Assembly: GCA_964187785.1 (NCBI GenBank)
Contig: OZ076409.1
Location: forward strand, 18,850,001-18,914,000
Direction: 5' to 3'
Length of the DNA stretch: 64,000 bases
From: Amphiscolops sp. MND2022
Lineage: Eukaryota
The translations under genes and the position numbers were made by a program. Under the pieces are notes generated by a model. The model did not search any database, had not been told where the DNA came from, and saw only the letters and a list, made by a program, of their open reading frames with translations. This document shows, one piece after another, positions 26,201 through 38,200 of this stretch (its first letter is position 1; every line of letters starts with the position of its first letter).

Positions 26201-29200
26201 GCCATCTACTATATCGGTCAATTGATATGAGAATATAAAATCTCCGGTGCTTAAATCTTATTGGTCCGATGAAGTCCAATTGGATTTCCTGATTTGGTTT
26301 TTCGGCCGGTGGTAAGTAGTTAATTTCGGTCATTGGTAATTGTGGTTTAATACTCTTACCTGACATCTTGCAAGGGATGCATTCATTGCATTTTGTTTGG
26401 ATGTCCTTTGTCAGTTTAGGCCACCAGAATGGGCGGGCAGCGTGGCTCATTTTGTTGATCGCCGGGTGTCCTTTGTGCAATAACATAATGACGGTTTGTC
26501 TAAGTGGCTTTGGTATCACTATTTTGTCGTCGTAAAAGACGACTCCAAATCGTGTCGAGAGGTTGTTTTTGTATTGTTTGTACTCTTCGGGGATTTGTTC
26601 GAAATTTCTTCTCTCAAGACAAACCAGTGTCTTTAGCAGCTTTTCATCGTTGGTAGTTTCGTCTGCGATTGTTCGCAGATCCGTTGAGAATTTTTGTTCT
26701 GCTTGTCGTACCGTTTCTTCTAAATCCCACTTGTCTTCGTATTGTACTTTGCTTGCGGTTCCCATTTGAATGTATCTCACGCTTGTTGCGCCCAGATATC
26801 GTTTGAAGTTTATAGCCGGTACGGCTATTGTTTGGTCTGAGTCGGAAGACATTGTTTCCGTTTCATCTCTCTGGTCTACGTTTATACTCTCTTCTTCGTA
26901 CTGTGGTTGTTGTTGCTGTGTGTTGCTGCTGCTCGGGCCTGCTTCGTCTCGTTTAGGCAGATTTCTGATCTTCTCAATTACTCTGTGGAACTCCTTTTTC
27001 CGTGCTACTTCTTCCGGTGTTTCTTTACTATTCTTCTCCATTTTCTGCCAGATTAGTCTATTTCTTCTTTGCCATAGGTCTACTTCGATTCTTTTTAATT
27101 CGGCTCTCAATGTTCTCGGGGGTGCATATTTTCTCCACTGTCCTTGAGTAAATCGATAATCGCCCGGTTTGGTAATTTCTCTCCATCTGCTGGTAAGTCG
27201 AAGTGTATCTTCTGATGGATCATCTTTTTCAATGCTTTCAATTGTTTTAATATCCATGTTGATTGAACGGTGGTCAAATTTGTGATGTGAATCAATTGGT
27301 TCACTCGTTTGCAAAGTTTGGAATGGCTTGCGTTCGTTTATCTGATTTATGGTGAGTGGTTGTTTGTTCACGCTTCTTGTCTGTGATTGGTTGTTGTTTT
27401 GCTTCGCTGTGTTATTCTCCGTTTGCATCGTCGCTTTCTTTTCATCTGAGATGCTGCCATGCGTGTTAATGAACTCCAGTAGAGGTATTATGCAATTGAT
27501 TACGTATTCTTCATCGTAATTCTCAATTGGTACCGGCTTTGCTACAGGGTTTCTACTTAAATAATCCGTCAACGTCAAGTGTTTTCCAGCGACGTGCTTT
27601 ATGTTGATATCAAAGTGTGCCAGTCTATCCAGCCATCTTGTCAATCTTGCACTATAAGTTTTATTTGATCTATTCCTTTTAATTAGCGGCTCCAATGCTT
27701 GGTGATCGGTAAGTAATTCGATTGGCTTTCCGTATATGTATAGACGAAAATGTTCAAATCCCCACACTACGGCTAGCAATTCTAGTTCGTTTATTGCGTA
27801 CTTTTTTTCCGTGTCCGATAAAAATCTACTTGCAAATCCGATCGGCTTTAAATTTCCGTCTTTTTGTTTCTGCCATAATGTTGCCCCCAATCCTTTTGTA
27901 CTGGCGTCCGTTGTTAGGATATTTTCGTTATCGGTGTTGTAGTGGGCTAAGCATGGCAGTTGTGTTATTAACTTTTTTAAGTTGTTGAATGCCTTCGTAT
28001 GTTCTTGTGTCCAATTCCATTCATTTTGTTTTTTCAGTAATTTTCTGAGGATATCTGTTTGTGCTGACAAATTTTCTATGTATTTTGCCAGGTATTGGAT
28101 TGCGCCCAGGAATGATTTTAGTTCTTTTTCGTTCTTTGGTATTTCTATCTTTGTGATGGCTTCCAATTTATCTTGTAAAGGTCTGATCCCGTTTTGGTCT
28201 ATTCTGTGTCCAATCCATTCTGTCTCCTGTTTGAAGAATTCGCATTTGTTTGGGTGTAGTCTATACCCGGCTTTTTCTAGGTTTTCCATTGTCTCTTTTA
28301 CCTCCGCTTCGTGTTTATCTATTGTTCCTTTGGTTACAATTATGATATCGTCCAACCAAGCGGGGTGTTTGAATTCTAGTGTTTTGTCTATCCGTTCCTG
28401 GAAAATGGTTGGTATATCTGCCAGTCCGTAGAATCCTTTGAGGAAACGGTAGTATCCCGTGAATTCTCCTCCTGTAATGGTGAATATGCAGAGATTTTTT
28501 GTTTCATCGTCCAGTTTGATTTGTCCGTATGCGTAATCAAAATCTAGTTTTGTTAGCCATATTTCGCCTTCTTTTTCTTCAGATATTTTTCGTGATATTC
28601 TCGATATCAGCTCTTCCATGTTTGGCATTTGTGCTTTTCTTTTTATTGTTGCTTCGTTCAGTTTTCTTGAGTCTAAGGCAATTTTTATCGATTTGTCTTT
28701 CTTCACTGTAATTACCGCGGGGCTCACAAAGCAAATTTCGGTTATCTCAGTTGCTCTTTCAAGATAGCCGTTCTTTATTAATCGTTTGATTTCATTGGCT
28801 ACTTGTTCTTGCAAATGGATCGGTACTGGTCTGCCTTTCTGTTGTATTATTTTTGCGTCTGCTTTCAGATTTATCTTTACTGATAAATTCTTTATTTCCG
28901 TGTTGTTGTAAAATAGGTCCTTGAATTCGTTTTTTAATTTTAGGATCTTCTTTTGGGTTTCGTCCAGTTTGATGTTGTGTATTTTGACGTCTTCCGTTGT
29001 TGTGTTAAGAGCTATACCTAGCCGGTTCATCCAGTCTAGTCCCATTAACGGTGTTATGTTTGCTTTAGTAATTAGCAGTGGTAATTGTAGCGTCGTATTG
29101 TTTGTTTTCACCGTTGCTAGTGTTTGTCCCCGGAATTCAATTTTGTTGTCGTTTACATCTTTGTAGTTTGTGTTTAGCTTCGTCACCTCTGAAGTGCCCT

Positions 29201-32200
29201 TGAAAAGCTTTTGTGGTATTAGTGTGACTGGTGATCCGCTGTCTATTATGAATTTTATTGGTACATCGTTGACCAGTAGCGTTGCGTGGAAGAAATCTTT
29301 TTTCTTCTTGTTGTTGATACTTTGTATTTTGTTGTAATCCCAGTTGTCTTCTTCAGCTGAGGATGATATTTTATCCACGTATTGTATTCTTTTTGGGAGT
29401 CTACACATTTTTTCATAATGTCCCTTCTTTTTACAGTTTCTGCATTCTACCGTCCTGGCAGGGCAAACGTGTTGTCTTGACCAGTTAGGTGCTCCGCACT
29501 GTCCACACCGGTTATCTTTGTATTTTTGTTTCTGATATTCCGGTCTTTTCTTGTTCCTTTCGTAACTGGATTTCTCAGACCATTTTCTCTTTTGGGGCCT
29601 TTCCTGTACATGTTTTACGTTTCTTCCGTCGTTTGAGTTGTTTGAATCATTTAATCGATCATACATGTACTCATGTATAAGATCGGTAATGGTTTCAATT
29701 GTCATGTTGCTTTTCCGTATCTTTTTCTTTAGTTCATAGTCTCCCGTTGACCTTCCAATTATTGACAGGAACTTCGATGCAATAAGCTCGGCTGGTGTAA
29801 CGTTGTCGAATTCACAATTTTTCTCTGTCTGGAGAATTCTGGTCCAAACATCTTCAGCTGTTTCACTGGGTTCCCGTACTATTCCGAAAAAATCGGCTCG
29901 ACTATGGAACTTGTTTCTTTCTGGGATGAAGTGGAGTCTAAATAATGAATATAGTTGGTTTATATTCATTTTGTTTGGGTCATTGTCTCTCACTGTTTTT
30001 GTCATTTCGGTGACCGCTTCTTCTCCTAGGGCCCAGATAAAAATATCCTTTATTTTTATCTCCAGTTCTTCTCTGTATTCTTCTATAATCTCCTTGTCCG
30101 TTGTCATTCTGTTTAAATCGATCTTCTGTGTCATTTTGACATATTGTATAAATCGTCGCCACCATAGTTTGGCCTCTTGAATGGTCTTCTTCTCAAATAT
30201 GGGTAACGTTATTTTTTGGTGTGTTGTTGATCTCCCCTTCTTTTCTCCGGATTCTTCGCTTGAGGAGTTTCTGCTTGATACTTCTATCGGGTTCGTCTCG
30301 TTCTTTTGACTCATTCTGACTGCGCCATGTTGTATTCTATCGATTATATTCAAAAGGAGTTAGGGAATGTAATACTGTATTGTAACTGTATCCAAGTTTC
30401 TTGTGTTGTTAAGATATACAGTAATCTTCAGTACTATGTTAGCAGGTACATTATGTAATATGGTCATAGACAGTATGGTATGAAATTATGTAATCTTACA
30501 TGACATAGTGACCTTTACCATGCTCTATTCTACATGAGTGAAGGAACTGTTACCTCATGAAAACTTCCTCCAAGGTAGTAACGGAGACACCGTAACTCGC
30601 AACGCCCAGGGAGTCTTTCTGTTTGTCGAGACTGTCGAACATGCCTTAAATGGAAACCATTCATCTTGAATGAAAGAATTCGTTTCTTGGAATGGTGGAA
30701 TACTTCGTTTCAACGTTCAATTTACAACAGCGAAACATCCTTTCATTGAGTTTCTTTCTCATTTTTATATTCAAAAAATTTAGCCGAAAAACTTGTAACT
30801 TACTCGGAAAATTGGTAGCCGAGTCGTGAGGCAGTCGGAAAGAGAGTTCGGCTCCCACGTTCGATTCCTTTTCGACTCCAGGAACGAACTTGCGAATGAA
30901 CTCGAAGACATTGTCGGGGTTGCAGTTCTGCTTCTTTTCAGCCACCATGTGGTACCCCACACCTACAGAGAAAAAAAAACAGATTCAGAATATTTTTGAT
31001 TAAATACTTGTTTAGAAAATACCAAAAGAAAAAACAATTTGGTAGCTTATGAAAGGGGAGGGGAACAGTCTGTTAGATTCATCAAGTGACTGCCAATGTA
31101 AGTGCCCTACAAATATGAAATATGAAATTTTGAAAAAAAAAGCATTATTATTTGCTTTTTTTGTAAAGAAAAAGACCTCCCATTAGAAAAGTCTTCCCAC
31201 TAAAACTAACATCAAACGATCAGCTGACCGGGATTTTTGCGCAATTCTCAAATTCTTTTCCGCAACATGAACAATGTGAACAGAGGTCAACGGAACTGGT
31301 ATTTATGTTCCTGTTAAAGATAAGAAATTCAAGTTGCTTTAGTTCTAACGCTCAAACGAAACTTTGATTCAAACAAAACGCTAGTTGAAATTACAGCAAA
31401 GAAAAGGTATGCTTGTGATATATAGCGTCGCGTATTATATATATCTCACTTGTAATATATGGGATTTCTTGGAATATCAGAGAAAACTTACCCTGAGGCT
31501 GAACACATTTTGCTGAACTGATAACAACTTTTTTGTTTAGTAGTAATTGAATTTTTATATAACAGTTTTCTATTTGCAAACCATTAGGGGAAAGAGCAAA
31601 CAATGAAAAATGAAACATGCTGATTTATCCACATTATACAGTACACATCTAACCGTATTTGTTTTTGAGGAAAAGCGAGCTTCCGGCACACACGAGCTGT
31701 CCACTGGACATGATGGCGATTCGGTCTCCGAGGAAATCGGCTTCGTCCATGTAGTGCGTGGTCAAAATGATGGTGCGTCCCTTCCTGTAGTTCTGGATCA
31801 AGTCCCACGTCCTTCTTCTAGCCGAGGGGTCCATCCCACTAGTAGGTTCGTCCAGGATTACAATCTTTAACACAAAAAAGCAGGCAACAATTTCGCGAAA
31901 AATGTCGCACAGTGCCGAAGCAAATCCTTTCCTACAGTTTTATTGATCAAATGAAAATGTACCATTTCAAAGAGGCCTTTTGGTCATTTTGTAAGATCTG
32001 CATCAAAAACACAAAATGTACATTTTCCAGAACTTTTTTGTAACTTGAAAAAAATTGATTGACAAAAAGCCGCTATTAAATTCAATCCATACTTCCTTTT
32101 TAAAATACTTTTAAAATACTCCCTTTACTTAGCAAATACGCAACCTTGTTACGCAATTTTGAGTATCACTCATTGGGTGAAGCTACCTCAATACGGAATC

Positions 32201-35200
32201 TGTCGACGCAATTTTCAGCCACATGGACATTTTAGCTACAAACCATAATAGCAAGTATGTTTCAAAATAGAACGAAGGTTTTCTCCAATTAGCAATTTGC
32301 AGCAATTGAAAAACTGGAAGAGACTTTTTAAAAAAATCAGAACATCACTTCGTAATCAGTATGAAAACGCATCAGACTGCTTTTTTAGCGCAGGGCGGTT
32401 AAATTTGGCCCCAATGAGCGATTTAGTCCACTAAAAAAGCTTGGTAAAGTTTTCATTTTGCCCTGAAAAAAATTTTTTTCAAGCACTCGTTTGCGACTCG
32501 GAAACCGTTCGGTTTTTAACGCAACTTTCGCCCATAGCTGAAAAATCCTTTTGGTAGGTTAAACTTTGTTTTTTTTTCACTTAAAAATTGAAGTATTCTT
32601 TGCCATTCAAAGAAACAATTTGGTGCGTTTGGTTATATGATTGATCTTCAAAAATAATTTATGGAAAATTGACATCCAGTTTTTGAAATAAAACCCAGAT
32701 TAGCGCTAATTTTGAATAAAAATTCCCTTCAAAGTAACATTGTTTTGCTTGGAAGAGGAAAAAACATTCGATGCTGACACCAGAAAGCGAAAAAACAGCA
32801 GTCCTTTCGGACAGCCTTCTGTTGTGACGCCATTTTTGCCTAGGTCATGAATGACGTCATTAAAAGATTGAGACAGACAGCGCTTTAGGGTGTTCATTTC
32901 AATAACGTTTTTATTACGTCATCAAGCTAATGAGATGTAAAACGCGAGAAAACGAGAAAATAAAAATTTCGTTTGCTTGTAGTTGACTGAAGAGCTTCTG
33001 AAAAAAGAACTAGCATTAAGTACGGTGAAATGACTACTGAACATTCAATAACGACTAAACTATCTAGAGTGCTCGTTTTACTTCATAATGATTATATAGG
33101 CTTCAGAAATTAATTTTGAAACAATAAAAAATATTCCGTTGACTGATTAGAGCAATTAAAACAAACGAATCGCCGAGCGGCATGAAACAAATGAAAAAAA
33201 AACATTTCTCTGTGAAATGGAATGAACTCAGCGAATCCAAGTTTTATGGATCGAAATTATTTATTACCGATAAGTTGTGTTTTCTTGATGAAAAGATGCT
33301 GATTTTTTTTCAGTGAAGTTCTTCGAAATTAGCACTTTAAAAAGGAAAAAGTTGTGTGAAAAATTTAGCGCACACATCTGAAGAATGAAAAATAGATTTA
33401 ATCAAGTTCGAGCGGCTTCTTCAATTGGTTGAAAATTTTTTTGGTAATATTAGCAACTTGCAGGTTCTTAACTTTGCTGAAAGAAATTCCTTTTTCTTTT
33501 AAACCGGGAAACAATTAGTATGAAACTACCTTGGAGCCTCCACAAAATGCCAGCGCCACACTGAGTTTTCTCTTCATGCCCCCGGAGAGTTCACTAGATT
33601 TGGCGTTCTTCTTAGGGGTCAACTGCAGGTCACGGAGCAGAGTGTCCATCTCTTTGTCGATTTGAACTTTGTCACCCATCCCCTTCAATCTGTACGCACA
33701 AAATCTGGACTTGTATCAAATTGTCTTGTTATACAATTTTGCGATTAAATTACTGGTCTTTGGTTTTCTGCTGAAGCCACTTTTTAATTGTTGAGCTTAA
33801 GTAAACCTCATACGCTTTGTGGAAAGGAAAAGGAAAACGCATTTCATTTCATTCCTATGATTGTGTAACATTTAAGTCCCAGACATCTCAGTATCAAAAA
33901 CACAGTCAATTCAACCCCGCATAAGAATAAGTTTTATTCCCAAATTTTCAAAACCTGATCAAAGCGCTTTTCACTTTGGATACAAAATCTAATCAACGTT
34001 CAAGCCAAAGTCATTACGGATTAATATTGATAGAGACAAACTACTTTAAACTTCAATTTAAAACATTAATAATTAAACTACGGAATAATCTGATTCTGTT
34101 ATGTATATAATACATAACATATGTGAATTATTATTTTCCGCCCATATTTCATATGGGAAAGGAAAATATTTAAATCAAACGGGTTTTTTTTACAAAATTT
34201 GCCAAGAATTATTGTTTACGTAATATGAAGAAGTACATTCACAGAATTCAACTGACATAAATTTAGTTCCATGCGATATGTATTTGTAAAGATTTTTGGA
34301 CATTTTTGGGAATGACGGAAATGACCCCATAATGACCCAAAAATGACCCCGAAAATGACAAAAATTCAAAACTTTCCCAATTTTCACCGTTTTCATGCAT
34401 GTTTTGCCATTTTTTCGATAAACATCGTCGATTAGAATGTTGAAAACGTTCAACAAGGCACGAATTCGTTGTCCAATAGTATTCTGAAGAGATAAATGCG
34501 GTTTTTTAAAAGAAAAATTACCAAAAAAATGATTAAAAAATTCCAAAATTTTCGATTTTTAACGTTTTTATGCAATTTTTGTCAAATTTTCGATAGACTT
34601 CGTGGATTAGAATGTTGAAAACGCTTAACGTGACAGGAATGGCAGGAATTCGTTGTCCAGTATGCTTTTCCGAAGAGATAATGACTGTTTTCTAAATGAA
34701 AAATATATCAAATTGAAACCGAAAATGACAAAAAACCCAAAATTTCCCAATTTTCAAAGTTTTTTATGCAGTTTTTGTCAAATTTTCGACAGACTTCGTA
34801 GATTGGAATGTTGAAAAGAGTCAACAAGGAACAAATTTGTTGTCCAGTAGTCTTTTTCGAAGAGATTTGGGGCGGAAAATATCCCGCTGGTCCGCGGGCG
34901 TCTTGTTAGAAATTTCAATTCCCGCGGTCTCACGAAAACTGTTTTGATAGCATTCTTTTGAGAATCGATGAAGTCGCAATGAAAAATTATCAAGCTGAAA
35001 AAGTCTTTTTAAAGGAAATGGCGAGCTTCGAGTAAAAATAAATATTGGTATCAGTCTTGAGGTTATGACACAGCTAATTAGCGGTTTAGCGAATTAGCAA
35101 AGCGGGACGATTTCATCAGCGAACTGTTTTAGCGGTACTTTTAATTTTGTTGTCGATTTTTCAAGAGTGCCCTGGATAATCACCCCATACACAGTTTCGA

Positions 35201-38200
35201 GAAAACAGAGGCATCAAAAAGCTCTGCGAATCTACCAAATGCCAACGGATTTCGACGCAAGTTTTCTGAAGCTGCTGAAAAATTTGCATACGAAGTTCAG
35301 TTCTATCCATGAGCAACTTTTTTGCAGTCTGAATTTTGTTTACTACTCTGCGATCAAAATCAAATGGAGCAAAAAATACTCCCTAATTAGCGATTAGCGG
35401 TTAGAATTAGCAATGTCAGAATCCCTCTAATTTCCACATCTTGTTTGTAGAGGAGTTTCCATCAGCCTAATTTCAGTTTACTTCAAATTTGACAGTTTAA
35501 TTAACGATTTTGCTGTTTAAGACAACTCTGGTTTGTGCCTGTTGCTGAAATGTCTGTTAGTTCTAATCTTTCAAATCTGAAAAGAAAGTCGCATTCTTTC
35601 GTGATGGAAAGGAAATCATTTGAAAATGGTTGAATTCTGTCAGCAAGTTCTGTCCAATATTAATTATGACAAAATTATGACAAAAGTTGAAAACGAGGCT
35701 GAGAGATAAATTATTCTTTGCTGCATGAGATATAGGTGAAAAATACTAAAAATAAAAAATAATAACTAGGCTTCTGTTTGTTCGCCTAGAAAAAATGTTG
35801 ATGCAAAATATTTTTAATTATAGTTGTCAACAGCAGTGGTTAATGGAATTATGGGAATTTTGCTCATTAAATTATAGTTAGTCCTGAAATTATTACTTTT
35901 TAATTTATTACATTTTTATACTACCGTTTTTTTAATGATTGAATGTGCTTGTTCATTTCATTTTGAATTCGTTTTTCTAAGAGCTGCAGCTCTTGAAAAA
36001 ACGAATTCAAAATGAAATGAACAAGCACATTCAATCATTAAAAAACGGTAGTGTAAAAATGTAATAAATTAAAAAGTAATAATTTCAGGACTAACTATAA
36101 CTTAATGAGCAAAATTCCCATAATTCCATTAACCATGTCATGACTAATTAATTTGTGTAAGTCGGACCTGCAAAACATGTCGATGTGTTCAGCCACAGTG
36201 AGGTTGTCGAAGAGGACGTCGTGTTGGGGACAGATGCCCAGATTCTGTCGGATCTTGTCCATGTCTTTTCGGATGTCGAGGTTGTTGATGAACGCTGTGC
36301 CCGAGGTCGGCTCGTACAACCCTGAAGAAGAAAGTTTATTTTCCCAATTCGGCGGGGTGGACCCCGAATAAGCAGTTCTGCTTTTCTAAGTCGGCGCCCT
36401 TTCGGACACTATTGCCCCATGGCAAGCTATGGTACCATATTTGCAACCAAGTGGTCAAGCAATGGTGGGCTTGAATCGCTATTGTTTTGACATTGCTATT
36501 TGACATCGCTATTGTTTTTCGCTAATTGCTAAACCGCTAATTTCAAAATCGCTAATTCGCTGAATGACCTTTTTTCGATCTATTAAAGGTTTTTGACTTC
36601 AGGTTTTTTAAATAATTAAATGATAAATGAATTCAGATTTTTAGAAAAAAGTAAAGAGTTTTTCATACAGCGTGAGTTTTACACGGCTGAGAGTTACACC
36701 GCTAATTTCAATCGCTAATAAGATCGCTGAAAAATTCTGTGTCGCCGCTAATTCGTTATTTCGCTAATCACAAGGGGTGTCTTGTGGCTCCAAAATTATA
36801 TCCCTATTACAAAAGCATCCCTATTACCCATAGTCTGCCATAATAAACACATTATGAGTTCATGCTAATCATAGTCTGGGTGGGCCATATAAGATCATGC
36901 GAGGAAAATTGCATGACTTTTACTATCGCATACTTTGGCCTTGTCATGAAACCCGAAATACCCTAGATTTCAATCAAAATATATTGTTTTTTCAGGGACT
37001 TGGCAAATTAACTGTTCATTTTGAAAAGTCTTTTTAATGATAGACGTTTTCAAAAAGAATCTTCATTATTCCTCAAGGTTTCTAAATTCATCTTCAAAGG
37101 TCCTTAGAACGAAGAATTCTCGGCATGTTATCCAGAAAAGATTAGAAACATTGTATAAGGGTTCCTCAAGTTTCTTACATGTTGGACGTGTTCCATTCAG
37201 GGGTCTTGGAGGGATCTCAATTACTTTGGGAATCATAAAAGGAATCAGGAAATATACTGACCATGGAAAATATTTTGTTGCAATATATTTAACTATCACA
37301 AACATTTAAGCCTACAAAGGGAGGAAGTTTGATATCCCAGTCTAGGTGCAACAATTTTTTGAGAGTTCATTGGAGTTACAAAGGAAGAATTCAAGGACTT
37401 GGATTGAGTCGACACACATCTTCTCGTTTTCATTCAGTTGTTTTTGCGAGTTATAATTTAAGCGAAAACAATAACTGTAAAATTTTTAATTTTCCAGTAG
37501 CTTCAACTATTTGTTGAGAATAGCTCCACTACAACTCAATAAAACCCGTAGGTACCATGCACGAGACAAAGACTGGCTGAGTATCTACATAAATTTATAT
37601 TAACTCCGAAGAAGAGACGAATCAACTTGTTCGAAGGCGGTGTGTGTAAGTGTGAGGAGGAAATCACGATTTTTACAATTTTCCTATTTTTTCCGTCTTT
37701 CGGGGGTTTTGTCTCGCTACTCTTAGGCTGTTTTAGAGTATCTTTTCGCCGATGAAAAGAAGCAGATTGAACTTTAATTATTACGCAACAAATAAAAAGG
37801 TCGATTTATAGACACAAATACAATTTCATATCCACGAATAATAGAATGAATAATATGATAACATCGATAATAGAGGAGAATATTACGGAGTATATTAGGT
37901 GACATCTAGTACAGGAAAACAATAAACAAGGGTTTCAGCAAGGTTTAGGTTTGTATCCGTGAGGATGGAGGTGATATCGAAGATATCGGAAGAATCAACT
38001 TGACGCAAAATCTTTATCGGTCTTGGAGTGAAAACAAATATCGTGTATTATCAGCCCACTCAGACTTAACCGTGTATTATCAGCCCACTTAGGCTCAACC
38101 GTGTATTATCAGCTCACTTAGGCTCAACCGTGTATTATCAGCCCACTTAGGCTCAACCGTGTATTATCAGCCCACTGAGGCTCAACCGTGTATTATCAGC

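Larger units (their letters stand above)
24510..30534 (-). mobile_element. Full-length Ty3/Gypsy LTR retrotransposon, Mag-like (6,025 bp)
   Basis: 207-bp TG...CA LTRs with 1 mismatch seen, 5-bp TSD TGAGT (24505-24509, 30535-30539), PBS, PPT and a single gag-pol ORF. Confidence 0.95.
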
